A model generated the notes under the pieces. It was not told where the DNA came from. It made no database searches and was given only the letters and a program-made list of their open reading frames with translations. Both the position numbers and the translations under genes were made by a program. DNA of 62,930 nucleotides, the filler included, from Licmophora abbreviata (lineage: Eukaryota): the NCBI GenBank assembly GCA_900291995.1. It is 9 parts of 9 records of this genome, joined end to end, with 100 filler letters (N's around TTAATTAATTAA, not from the genome) between each part and the next. Parts side by side here need not be neighbours in the genome. Positions count along the whole stretch, not along the records: positions 1 to 26,432 come from OLMU01004639.1; 8 more parts are not named here. One strand, given 5' to 3'. Of the stretch, positions 1-11,951 are shown one piece after another. How positions within the stretch are numbered: position 1 is the stretch's first letter; every line of letters starts with the position of its first letter.

Positions 1-256
1 GGAAAACGGTAGGGATAGAGTGAACGTGTGCCACGTCGCTGTATTCGTATAGCGATAGCGCTATCCTGACGATAAGGCTGAGAAAAGCTCGCAAGTGCGT
101 CACAGCCTCACATTGAACATCGCCGCCTCCGACAGAAATGAATGAGAATAGAGAATAGGCCTTTTGACCCTGAACATTCAACATGGCAATGCCTTTCTTC
201 ACTGATTCTCCTTCCTCTGCCTCTCTACCCCCGACACGCCTCACAAAGATTAAACC

Positions 257-2305
257 ATGCCGCTTCTAGTGTCTGGCTGTCGGATGACGGACTCGTCTTT
301 TCTGCCCTCCAATCGTCGCAAGAACGACTCGCTCTGCGGCGATGCTGTGTCTCGAATACATGCTCATCTCGGATGCTCTTGTTCCTTTGCCACCCTATCA
401 GCTCCCTCGGATCACTCTTTGTCTGCTCCAGACAAGCTGCTCGTTGGTGATCCCGACGCTTGCCTTCCGACGTTCGCTCAGAAACTGGGACAGCCGCTCC
501 CGGACGACCAGCATGCCTGCAGCGTCTCGCTGCCCACCTGGAGCAGCGTCGTCGGCTACGAAGAGGGGGAACCCGACGTGGTGGACAGCATGCCCTGTGG
601 CTACCCACGCTTCGTCTACCATCCCTACATTACACAGCTGGGAGACTTCGTCTTGGAAAAATATGGCTCCGGTAAAGAAGACTGTCTGTTGTTGCCCTCG
701 CGAGAAGCCGCTCGCCGGTGTCAGGCGTTCTTGCAGCAAGCCCTGCATCTGGAAGAGTACTCCGAGATGGATGTCTGTAGGATCGTACAGGGACAGGATG
801 AGGAACCTTTCGAAGGAAAATGTGGCGAGAAGGTTCGAGTTGTGGACTTGCAGTCTTGGACCAACGCCCACGCGGTCTTGTTTCCGGCCACTACTTCGGC
901 AGGAATGGAAGCCAAGGCTTACTGGCAGCATACCGGAGAGCTGACCAGCAGTCGATGCGCGGAAGCAACTTTGAAGGACATCTTCTCTGAGACGACCAAT
1001 CCTCTCACGCCGCACTGCAAGTTTGACGCCCAGACGTCGGAGGATGATACGATAGGGGAGGAGCACCCACACGCCCTACTGCAAGACCGTATCGCAACCC
1101 TGGCCGTTGTTCCATCCGATCACGTCTTTCTTTCGACTTCAGGAATGGCCAGCTTGTATCAGTCTCTTTTAGCTTCCCGTCGTGTGGTGGGAGAGGATGC
1201 AGCGTCTGTCGTGTTTGGCTTTCCGTACTTGGACACGCTGAAGTTGTGTTCTCGATCCGAGATTTGTCCCGGGGGCGTCGAGTTCTTTGGGCACGGAAAT
1301 GAGCAAGACTTGCAGGCTCTGCGAGACAATCTGAAGGACCGATCTTTCTGCGCGTTATTTACAGAAATGCCCTCAAACCCACTCCTGCAGTGTCCTGACT
1401 TGCGCGAGCTGAGGCGATTGGCAGATCAGCATGGGTTCTGCTTGGTCGTCGACGATACGATTGGGAACTTTGCCAATGTCAATCTCATCGAGAGCGGATT
1501 GGCAGATGCTGTATGCACGTCACTGACGAAACTGGTATCTGGTCGTGGCGACGCCATGGCAGGGAGTATCGTGTGCAACCCAAACACAGAACTGGGCCGC
1601 CGCCTACGGGAGGACCTCCAGAAGCACATGCCCAAGTCAGATTTGCATCCGGTCGACGCATGGGCTGTGTACCAGAATTCCAAGAACTTTCTAGAGCGTA
1701 ATGCGCAAATCAACGAAACTGCGGAGCAGCTTGCCGACTTTCTTCAAGACCATCCTGACGTTGACCGCCTGTACTATCCCAAATACACACCTCTATACGA
1801 ATCGTTTGCGTCGTCGCCCAACTCATACGGTGGCCTTTTCAGTATCTTGCTGGATCAACATATCTGTCAGCGAACGTTCTTTGATGCCCTGGAGGTAGCA
1901 AAGGGGCCGTCTCTCGGAACAAACTTTACGCTTGCCTGTCCATACACTCTCTTGGCTCACTATCACGAGTTGAGCTTTGCCATGGAGTACAACGTGCAGC
2001 CGAATCTATTGCGCGTTTCAGTTGGTCTTGAAAGCTTCGACTGTCTCAGGGAAAAGTTTGAGAGTGCGTTGGCGACGAGTCGCTTGCATCCGAAGATCAC
2101 ACGCCCAGCCGCACCCGGTATAGCAACCGAACAGCGACGCTCATACAGCTCCGTTGTGGACTTCACCGGTACTGTTCCCGCGGTATTGACGAGGAGGACG
2201 CCGCTGGAAGCCCCTGCAAGAACTGCGGCTCGTTCGTTCTTTCGTGGAAGAGTTGCCGTGCGAGCAGCAATAAGGCTTGCGCTGAGTGGACGCGGGTGCC
2301 GTTGA
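257..2305 (+). CDS. PLP-dependent cystathionine gamma-synthase-like enzyme (fungal STR2-type, Cys/Met metabolism family)
   Basis: 682-aa intronless ORF. Motifs: SVSLPTWSSVVGYEEG..GYPRF, GFPYLDTLK, FTEMPSNPLL, VVDDTIGNF, SLTKLVSG (PLP lysine), KGPSLGTNFTLACPYTLLAHY, LLRVSVGLE. The start could instead be the second Met (MTDSS). Confidence 0.85.
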   Translation: MPLLVSGCRMTDSSFLPSNRRKNDSLCGDAVSRIHAHLGCSCSFATLSAPSDHSLSAPDKLLVGDPDACLPTFAQKLGQPLPDDQHACSVSLPTWSSVVGYEEGEPDVVDSMPCGYPRFVYHPYITQLGDFVLEKYGSGKEDCLLLPSREAARRCQAFLQQALHLEEYSEMDVCRIVQGQDEEPFEGKCGEKVRVVDLQSWTNAHAVLFPATTSAGMEAKAYWQHTGELTSSRCAEATLKDIFSETTNPLTPHCKFDAQTSEDDTIGEEHPHALLQDRIATLAVVPSDHVFLSTSGMASLYQSLLASRRVVGEDAASVVFGFPYLDTLKLCSRSEICPGGVEFFGHGNEQDLQALRDNLKDRSFCALFTEMPSNPLLQCPDLRELRRLADQHGFCLVVDDTIGNFANVNLIESGLADAVCTSLTKLVSGRGDAMAGSIVCNPNTELGRRLREDLQKHMPKSDLHPVDAWAVYQNSKNFLERNAQINETAEQLADFLQDHPDVDRLYYPKYTPLYESFASSPNSYGGLFSILLDQHICQRTFFDALEVAKGPSLGTNFTLACPYTLLAHYHELSFAMEYNVQPNLLRVSVGLESFDCLREKFESALATSRLHPKITRPAAPGIATEQRRSYSSVVDFTGTVPAVLTRRTPLEAPARTAARSFFRGRVAVRAAIRLALSGRGCR

Positions 2306-2750
2306 TTGCCCGGTATTGGTCATGCGACCGCTGTGAGGGAGCGATTGCTATTCTCTGGATGAGTCTGTCAGCTCACCGCAATAAGCTGGTAGTCTAGTGA
2401 GTCAACCAGTCAAACGCTACTTGAACAATAAGAGTCCAGCTGCCTGTACAGGTACAACAATCACTAGACGAAAAAGGAAGAAAGGGCGAGGACCTAGTAC
2501 AAAAGCAAAGAGTCATTCCACACAGATTACAGCAGTCCTATGTTAACCCATAGGAACCGTTCACGATACACAATGTAGGAGCGCAACAAGCCGACGCGAC
2601 GAATTCATTAGTATCAAAACTGGGATTGCAACGTACGGGATGCGAAGCAACAATCCAACACGCGCTGACCTCGCCAAACTCAGCGCCCTCGAGACTCCTC
2701 TTTCTGTTGGATCTAGGAGGAGCCACCCCCAAGAACAAGCATGCCATCGC

Positions 2751-4852
2751 TCATTCAGGACCGCGGTGTCTCTTCTTAGGCCGTTTCCTGTGGTGCTGGT
2801 GGAGCGGGGATCCAAAGCCTCCCGTGTCTTGTGATCCTTGGCTTCCAGTACTAGAAGAGTCGCGCCTCCATTGCCTTCTAGCGAGATCCCCTGGTCCAGT
2901 AGGAGGTCGAATGCGGTGCACTGCCGAGGCATTATGTACTTCCCTCACGTCTCGGGGGTTAATACCGCCGGGGAGCATATTGCTGTTATTCATAGGTTGT
3001 GCCCCTGCTTGTCCAATTCTAGCGGCGGTTGCCGCGATCTGAGTTAGTAGTTAAGAAGTAGGCAAACGTGTCCGGTGAGATCATGTGAGAAATTCCTAGT
3101 TGCAACAGTTAGCAGCCACTGCCGTGACCAATCAGTCGTGATATGAGAGTGACACAATTCCAAAAAGCACCCAGCAACGCATGGACGACTTACAGCAGCT
3201 TGTTCAGCGCTACTTCGTCCTAGTGCAATCCCCCCAGCGAGCGAGAGAAGGCCCTGCCCAGGCTGAAATGACGCCTCGTTTGTCCCGCCAAACCCACGGC
3301 TCTGTCCTATAAATTGCTGCATCAAGAGTGCCTCTCGCTGCCGCTGCTCTTGGAATGCCGCCGCCTTCTCCAATGCCTCCTCTCGCGCAAGAGCTGCAGC
3401 GTCTACGAAACGAGAGTTGGTGCCACCAAGAAGAGCTCCTGTCGACGGATACTGCTGGTTGCGAGCAAACATGGAAGTCCCCGAGACGCCGAGCATGGCA
3501 GAAGAACGGAGTGACGAAGCTTCTGCATCCCGTTCTCTCTGAGCTGCGATGAGCGACTCCAGTACCTCATCGGCGCGCTGTTGTACGGCCGTGCCCATTC
3601 TAGACGAAGACATAGATCGGGGAGGGGGTCCCATCGACCGATGGGCTAATAATGCTTCTTGAGATACGATTTGAGGCTGCCTCGAAGCAATGAGCGGTGG
3701 GGCGGCACTTGCCGCAGTGAGGGGCCTCGACGAAGCTATGGGTCTGCTGGAGAACGAAGATGCGGAATGGACTTGTTGTTGTTGTTGTCCAAGGAGTTCT
3801 GCGTCCGCCAGAGCCGACTGCGCCGTCGCCAACTCGATCTCAAGCTTCCCAATGTACTGACGAAGACCGGTGTTTGTGTCCTCTACCTCTTGCAGTTGAT
3901 CTTCCAGCTTGTCGACTCTCGTTTGCAGTGTGTTGATTAACAATTTTTTTCGTCGTCGACGTTCACGAGCAGATGCTCGATTCATGGCCAAACGCTTGTC
4001 GCGCTTCTCCTGGACTCGTTCGTTGGGAGCCGGTCCGTCTTTTTGTCCCAGGCTGGCTCCATCATCGAGAGACCCCTTGTCCCCGTCATTGGAGTCGTCG
4101 TCAAGCGTGCTATCCTCGTCGTCGTCGTGCAGGTTGTGGGCAAAGCTCCCACCAGTTGGTGTGTTGCTGTGCTGGACTACCCCCGTGTTGTCTTCTTCCT
4201 TCGCCTCTTCACGCGGGCGATTTGGATGGACCGCCATCGGAAGGAGGACCCCTCCTTGAGTCGTCAGATGATGTGACGGTGCTTGCCCTTGCTGGTGTCT
4301 CCTTTCTGCAGCGAATGATGCTGCTCTTGGTGCGGCTGTTGTTGCTTCCTCCTCCCTCTTTGTGGAAGTTTCGTCGGCGTCCTCGTAAGGTGTGGACGAC
4401 TCTGCTCGCTGCGTATCACTCTCGGAGGAAATCGGGAAGGAGTTATGAGTTGGTGCTGGGGGGTGTTTTGTTTCTGGACGCGGGAAGAGGAGCGATGACG
4501 TGTCCTCATCCATCTTCGGTTGTCTTTGGCTTGCCAGTACATCGCCGGTTGGATTCGTCTGTTGCATCTTTTCAGGGCCTTCACTTGATTCTTGTTGTTG
4601 TTGGTGAGTATAGATGGAGGAAATTTCTTTTTTTTGAAGAGCACCAGAGGAAGAATGAGAGGCAAGTGGGCCATCCGATCTTAATCCTTCAATCCCACGA
4701 GGAGGTTGTGATGCTCGCCGGTCGTCCTCGCCAGCGGTGGTGTGATGATCCTCGAGGGCGACTGAGCGACTGGCTCCTGCGTCTTCTCCCCGCGACGCAG
4801 TGTTGTCCATTACCGTACTGGAATGATGAGTAGATGGATGAGAAGGGGGCAC
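2751..4852 (-). CDS. bZIP transcription factor; 2 exons (4852-3194, 3038-2751)
   Basis: Basic region plus zipper KRDKRLAMNRASARERRRRKKLLINTLQTRVDKLEDQLQEVEDTNTGLRQYIGKLEIEL. Phase-0 intron 3193-3039 (GTAAGT...TACTAACTCAG) joins in frame to the 2751-2993 ORF. The exact start (GTG 4852 or the downstream ATG of MDNTAS) is uncertain. Confidence 0.85.
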
Positions 4853-5512
4853 AATGATGCTGGTCGTAGATGCACAATCGTCAGCAATGCCTTTGCGACT
4901 GTGTCCTGCGGGTCACGCCTTTTGGAGCTGGTCAAAAAAGTTGTGATTCACATATCACGCGACGAAGCTCTGTGGGCCGTTCAAACTATGAAACGAACTT
5001 TTCTCGGAGAAATGTGGGCAGTCATTGTCATATATATTGGGTCATCACTGATTAAATAATTTCGATCAGAGAGCATCGGTGGATCGCCCCGGAAAATACA
5101 TTTATTTTAGTGACTTAAGATTCTATAAATTCGAATTCCTCTGTGAAAAGCACCAGCAAACACGATTGCAATAAGTGCGAAATGTCATGCATCTCTGTGA
5201 AGTCATTTTGCACCACGAATCCTGCATGGAGTTCTGTGATCTCCAGCGCTCTCATCTTCGAATAACAAATCTCTTACCTTTTTTGTTTGCCCTACAGACG
5301 ATTGGGAGTAGTGTGTAATCTAGCAGATCGCAGATCCCGACACCCAGACAGACCATCTGCTCATTCGACAAGAACACAAAGAACAGCGCGCCCACCTGCA
5401 TCTGCAGCTGTCGGTTGTCTGTCCATGGTGTCAGACGGCTCGCATCAATCGTCGCTGCAAAGCTCTTTCCATCATTCTGGCCCGTTCAGCTTGAAAGGTG
5501 ATAAACCACGCC

Positions 5513-6091
5513 ATGTCCCATTGGGCGGTAGCTCTCTTGCTACTGCTTAAGTGGGATCCAGTCCACAGCTGGACGACCACGATCCACTCCTCGGCTCGAT
5601 CAGCAAGATTCGAGAACGCTATCCGGTCAAAGAGGGCACTTTCAGCCAGTACGGGTAGTACCGACGATGGTACTTCCCCGTCGCCTGAGGATGATGAACC
5701 AGTGGAATCGACATTTCAAGTGGAAGGCGAAGACTGCTTTGACTTGTGCGAGATCGACTGGGATCTGATGCCCAGCGAGGAGAAACTAGAGCCCCACGAT
5801 CTTGTGGATTCTGATACCGCCAAACTCCGACTGGAACTACAGTGGAAGGCTAGGGAGAACGAAGAAGATTGTGTCTTGACGGAAATAGACTCGTGTGGCG
5901 ACTTTTGTGAAGAGTGCGCCGGGCGAGGTTGGATCCCATGTCGCTTCTGCAATGGCAGCACCAAGATATCCATGAACGGCCGTCAGAAGATAGACTGTCC
6001 TGTCTGCAATCAGCTGGGCCACGAGTCATGCAAGACATGTTGTGGCAGTGGGCGGATCGCTCCCTGGACATCCCTGGCGGGCGAAGCATGA
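5513..6091 (+). CDS. DnaJ-type CxxCxGxG zinc-finger protein without J domain, probably plastid-targeted
   Basis: Four repeats CEECAGRG/CRFCNGST/CPVCNQLG/CKTCCGSG. Signal peptide MSHWAVALLLLLKWDPVHS followed by W and an S/T/R-rich transit peptide. Confidence 0.75.
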   Translation: MSHWAVALLLLLKWDPVHSWTTTIHSSARSARFENAIRSKRALSASTGSTDDGTSPSPEDDEPVESTFQVEGEDCFDLCEIDWDLMPSEEKLEPHDLVDSDTAKLRLELQWKARENEEDCVLTEIDSCGDFCEECAGRGWIPCRFCNGSTKISMNGRQKIDCPVCNQLGHESCKTCCGSGRIAPWTSLAGEA

Positions 6092-6250
6092 GTGAGTGCC
6101 CGTCTCCCGCCTACACTCGCCCTCCCGACTGAGCTACCTACAGTAGACTACCAGTATCATACGAGTAGCTACAGACTGGTACGGTGTGCTGGGGCTCCAT
6201 GGCTCACCAATAACAAGGACACCCTTATCACAGCAACAGTCTCAATTTAT

Positions 6251-8555
6251 TTAATCTAGCTTTTCAACCTCTCCATCGGGCCCGATGCGGAATCTTCCGG
6301 GCTCGTGTAGGTAGTATTCTTTCGACTCCGGCTTCGCCATAGTGTATCCCCTAATGCGGACTGTCTCTGGTACGTCGGCGCCTTCTGGGATCTCTTCCAG
6401 TCGCCACCCTCTGTTCCGTACCTTGAGTCCATCCACAACTACGTGCGTTTCGGGCCCAGCACGAATTACCAGGGCACCGTCCAAGTCCAAATTTTTCACG
6501 TAGAGCTGCTGGCCTTCCAATACCAGCGACGAATTGTCACTGATCTTACCGCCTTCGACTTTTCGAAGAATCTCTCGTTTGGAGATGCCAAAGTCGGGAC
6601 ATAATACGATCCGGGGGCCAGGTGTCACGGGAATACCACCAACATTGATGAGGTCCTCGGACGGCTGCGTAACACGTACGTCCATCCCAGCGTGCTTGAG
6701 TTTCCGTTGATTCTGAATGTACTTGTCCGATTCTGCGGAAGACATGGTCCCCGGGGCGAGATTGCCTTTTTCAACTGCCTCAATGCCTGACTCGAGAGAG
6801 TTCTGTTGGTCAACACAGTATTTATGCGAAGAATGATGGTCAGACAAAGTAAGGTTTCACCTCTTGGTCGATATACACCCCTTGCATCTACCGTACCTTG
6901 GCAGGACTGAATGTGAACCATCGATCGAACTGTGTGAAACCAATGTTGGCTTCTCTGCCCATTTCTTTCTGGAATAGCTTCGGGATGTCTTGCATCATAC
7001 ATTCCAAACGAGTGGGCTTCTTGAATTCGGTCCGTGTTTCATCTTTATACTTTGGATTGACAAACTCCACTACGACGCCCTGGTCCTCTCCACGAAGAGT
7101 CCGAGCATAAGCTTCAAATTCCATTACAAGGTTGTTTGCGTTGCCAGGAAACGGGGAGTATCCAGTGTTAGGGTCAGCAACATCACCCTTGCGATCTCCT
7201 TGCGTAGACAACAAAGGACCGAGCTGATTGTACTCCACATTTATCACCAAGCTCTTTTCTGGATCAGTCTTATGTCTGCAGACACAGGCAGGAAAGATAG
7301 AGGTGAGCTTCAAGAGCCCATGCAAGAGCAAACTCCGGTCTTCATTCTGCGTCCCTACTTACTCCAATCGAGTAATCGCCCCCGCAGCTTCACCCGCAAG
7401 CCTTGGGATACAGATGCTATTCATGTGAAAGCCCTTTACCACACTGACTCCCAGAGTGGGAACGACACTGTTAATGACGAGTGCATTGGTGTCTTGCAGG
7501 AAAATGACGTGCTTCTTGTTTTGGGCCTCCCACTCGTCGATCAGTCCTTCGCGTAGCAACAGGTGGTGCACGTCGCCGTGCCCATGTGGCTTGGTCTGAA
7601 TCGACCAACGATCATCGTCGTCCAGTGCGAGTCCAGCATTAGAATCCTTCAATGCGGCTACTTTGTCTTGCATGACAATACGAATCTGTGCGTCGTCCAA
7701 GCCATAGTTGTCGTGCTCCTCCAACAATGATCTTGTGGCCTGGTCCGTGTCGCCGCTCGTCATGATGACCAGCGGAATCTTGACATCTGCTCTTCCAGTA
7801 TGTTCCTTGGCCTGATGCTGCATAGCCTGCACGTAACGCACGTAGATTTCCAAGTAAGACTTGTTCGTACAAAGATTCGTCTCGAGACTCAACTTGATGC
7901 CCGAATAGCCTAGTCGTTCTCCCAAGCCTCCCGCCACTAGAACCAATGCAGTATCCGCCATGGCTGCCAGTCCTTGCTCTTCTGCTTCGGAAAAATCCAT
8001 GGTTCCTTCTCCTTCATAGAAACTAAGTTGCTCTCCTTCTGGGACAACTGCTTCAAAGTCACTGAATGGATTCAACCCCTCGGCCGACTCTTTCAATAGA
8101 CTTTTCGCCTTTTCTAGATATGCCGCCAAACCACCCGGATAGGATGCATCCAGGTCGGCCAGTTGTTCTGCGAGCCTCTGTTTATTTTCATCATCTGTTC
8201 CAGGAGCCGGCCAGTCGCCATAGACATGCACTTGATCGCCACTCTCCTTGTCAAACTCCACGAGTCGCTCGACAGCGTGCCGCCCCCGTTCTGACAAGAT
8301 CTGTAGATTCTCGGCTGACACGGCGGCAGTCGTAGGCGTTGAGGTCGACGCTAAAAGAGCAGTCGATGTTGGTTCCGCTGGCGGTTCACTGTGCGAGTCT
8401 CCTCCACGACCGGTGCGACTTACAACACGAGCCAGGCCAAAGCCGGCTCCTTGTGTACTGACAGATGATGGTGATGTCGTCGCGCGATGCATGGTTCCAA
8501 AAGCAGACGCCGTGCTCCAAAACAGCCAAAAGGCCGCAACAACAAGTAAGTTCAT
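6251..8555 (-). CDS. UDP-sugar pyrophosphorylase (USP type), plastid-targeted; 3 exons (8555-7363, 7275-6897, 6802-6251)
   Basis: Motifs LVAGGLGERLGYSGIK, TKPHGHGDVH, QDTNAL, INVEYNQL, SPFPGNAN, EFVNPKYKD, RLECMMQD. GT-AG introns 7362-7276 and 6896-6803 keep the frame. Presequence ...STASA-FGT. Confidence 0.92.
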
Positions 8556-8898
8556 GGTTCTGGTGACTCTGGGGGGGAGACCAAGTCGTGAATCGACAGA
8601 TAGGGTAACAACGACCCCGTTTCTCGTCTAGAACAAGGTCAATCGATCAAGAGTGCCTCTTTTGTGTTTTTTGTTTCGAAACAGCTCGTGTCGCCATGTT
8701 TTCGTACGTCAGTTTCAGTCTGAATTCCTTCCATCAGTAGTATCCTACGTGAGTATCAGTAGTTGAAAGGAATGTTGAACTTCAACATCAAAACTTCCCT
8801 CCAAAGATCTCATGCAAACTGTCAATCGTCCGTTCGCCCCCACGCGGTATCTTTCCATTCACGCCATCACACACCATCATCAGCGCAGAAGGCTCACC

Positions 8899-9429
8899 AT
8901 GAACCTATTCACCTCATCTCTGCTGCTCTTGGCTTCCTCTCGAATTTCGACTAGCTTCGTTCCTCGTCACGTTGTCTCTCAGACCCGTCGTTCCTTCTCT
9001 GCAACCAAAATAACAATGTCCGCCACACCATTCAGTGTCGTGGTCCAAGCCGAGATCCAACCAGATCGCATGGACGAATTTCTCAAGATGATTGAAACGA
9101 ATGCCATGGAATCACGTAAAGAACCAGGATGCTTACGATTCGGTGAGTAGGAACGGTCTGCCGTGCACATTACGGTGCGGTGGAATAGACTACTGGAGGT
9201 CCTAGCTGATATGATAGTATGTTTTCTGACGACAACTTCTTGCACAGACGTCCTTCGTTCACAGGACGACCCAAACTCATTCATCTTTTACGAAATGTAC
9301 GAAAACACAGCTGCCGTCGACCACCACAAGCAGCAACCACATTACCAAGCGTGGGCAACCTTTAAAGAAAGCGGTGGTACCGTCACGAGTGTCTCGCACA
9401 AGATGGATGGACTGTACGTTGGAAAGTAG
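8899..9429 (+). CDS. ABM (antibiotic biosynthesis monooxygenase)/LsrG-like small protein, probably plastid-targeted; exons 8899-9142, 9248-9429
   Basis: Spliced sequence SRKEPGCLRF|DVLRSQDDPNSFIFYEMYENTAAVDHHKQQPHYQAW. Intron GTGAGT...CAG 9143-9247. Presequence ...ISTS-FVP. Confidence 0.85.
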
Positions 9430-9731
9430 CTGTATTCTTGTAGTAGATAGTAATAAAGGGGTATCACTAAAGCGCCTGATTCAAGCAGTAGGTCGCTTGC
9501 ATGTGTATCATCTTCGGCACAATGTTAGGTCTAGATTCTACTGGTATCGAGTGCGCCTTGGCAGTTTTGGGTCGGCTCCTCCGTCTGCGCGACCGCGACG
9601 CAGTCCAGACCGCGAGGGCTGAACAGACGGTAGAGGACAGACTTCTAAAGCTTTGCGACGAGGAAAAAACCGCGAGCCACGAGCCACACGGGCGCAACGG
9701 TCGCAACTGCTGTCACTTTACTTCCTCGACC

Positions 9732-11124
9732 ATGATGTCTGCCATGTCCGAAGAAGAGGAGAGAGAGAAGCTCCTCGACGGTGCTCATCATCACACGAGA
9801 CATACTGTTGGTGGGCGGTCCAGAAGTCCGCTCGAAACGGATATCGGTGCGTCGCCTCGTTCCAGATTTTGTTGAATGACCAATGCAACGTCGAAAGTGC
9901 TGCGCTGCCTGTCTCTACTACACTGCCGACCAACGCACTACAATGCGAACGACAGAACGACCAACGATCGAGGACTCCATCTCACCCACTGTAAATCTTG
10001 CTCTCCTGTTTGTTAGAAAATGTCTCCTCTTCTCTTAAACCCGATGGTTTTACTTCCACCGAGGCTTCTGGCGCTCGTCCCCAGCACGGCGATGCCGTGA
10101 AACTCTTGATTGGCGCTGGAGGAATCTACGCGGCTTTTCTTTACTATGGATCTCTTCAAGAAGACGTCTTCCGTTTCGAATCGCCCGAAGGAGTCAAATT
10201 CAAACAAGCCTGGTTCCTTCAGTTCCTAGAAGCACTCGCCAATGTCATTGTCGGATACTTTGGACGCATGGTCGCTGGAGGGATTCCCAATTTGCCAAAA
10301 CGTCAGTTTCTCGTCACGGGAGCGTCTCAAGTTTGCAGCAAGGCATTTACGTCTCTCGCATTGGCACATGGACTCTCCTTTCCGGTAGCTACTTTGGCCA
10401 AAAGTGGAAAAATGGCACCCGTCATGCTGGGACAGCTGTTGCTCGGCGGAACGAGCTACTCCATGCGAGAATATCTCCAAGTTGCCGCCATTATCGGGGG
10501 AACAGCAGTCCTATCTTTGGGAAAGAAGGTGAGTAGCAATCTTTACAGCTAATTTTTTCGTTATAATGCTGCTATCATTCGCTCACCTCGCTGTTTCAAC
10601 GTTTTCAGAAGGGCGGGCCCGCACATTCCACTCCCCTGGGCGTCATGTTTATCCTTTTGTCCTTGGTCATGGACGGTGTCACAGGAGGCATTCAGAAGAA
10701 GCTTAAGACCGACATGAGCCGCGTGGGCCTCGCCCCCAAACCGTACGATTTTATGTATTACACGAATCTCAGCATGATGGTTGTGGCTCTTTTCGTTTCG
10801 TTGCTGCTGGGGGAGTTTGAACACGGCTGGGATTTCTGTGTCCAGAACCCAGCCGTCATGCGACTGGTGTTGCAATTTTCTATCTGCTCGGCAGTTGGGC
10901 AGTCTTTCATCTTTTACACGGTGGCACACTTTGATCCGCTCTTGTGTTCGACTGTCACGACGACCCGAAAGATCTTTTCGGTCTTGATTAGTTTAGTGGC
11001 CAAGGGACATCAGTTGTCGGGACAAGGATGGACGGGAGTGTCGATGGCGATTTGTGGAATCTTGGCGGAGGTACATCATAAGGTGATGCGTACCAGACAG
11101 TTGAAATCGAAAGTCAGCATGTGA
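9732..11124 (+). CDS. Nucleotide-sugar transporter, UAA family (SLC35B1/UDP-galactose transporter-like); exons 9732-9846, 10017-10528, 10609-11124
   Basis: Motifs YYGSLQE, SFPVATLAKSGKMAPVM, SLVMDGVTGGIQ, GQSFIFYTV, STVTTTRKIFSVL. Both introns are GT-AG and in frame. Confidence 0.88.
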
Positions 11125-11951
11125 GAGAAGATGGACGACAACGAAATGACCGAGATGTGTTGAAGGGCGATTGCTTCTGACGCTGCTTTGGCAGAATAAA
11201 CTTTCGTTTCGACTTGCGCCTGGGGACAGAGCTTCGTGCTTGGTTTCTGATGAATTTTACTAAGCTAGTACACGGTACCAGCCAGCACCTACTACTGTAT
11301 GATACTCCCCGTGTCTGTCCCTACCTGTAAGCTTGTGAGACGCGCATTGGTAGTCTCGTCTAGCTCCATCCAGTAGGGTACCAGGGTACCACCAGATAGG
11401 GCAAGAATTATTCTCGTCATTCGTCGGTTTGTCTTGCGTCTTTGTGCCACACTCGCGATCTTTGCAACGAACAAAGACGATACTAGTCTACTACCGGCGA
11501 AGAAGTTACACCGAGCAAAAATGCCTTCTGGCTTTTGGCGGCCCTTCCAGCCCGCGAGCTCTCCCGAGGAGAAGCTCGCATGACGGAGTGTACCACTATG
11601 TATAGTACTACTCCGGAGTAGTATCATATGTGATACGTCGTCTACCGCACCGGTGCCGGTAGCAACGACGCAAGTAGCATGGTATGCTGCTCTCGTTCGC
11701 TAAGATGTCTGGAGCTGTCGAATGGAACAACGCCAACAGGTGATGATATCCAGAGTGTGTGGTCGATTCATTCGTTGTCTTGCATTTGAAAATGGCGCAC
11801 TCTCCAGCGTCCTGTGCAGTACGTGCACGAGGTATTTTTGTGTTTTCGTGATGCTCACGCGGGGGAAGGGTGAGTCGAAGGGACACAAATAGCCCAGTTT
11901 ACGTGCTTTCTACGCGATTTCAGTACTCGAGGTGAGAGGCAATGCGACCAC

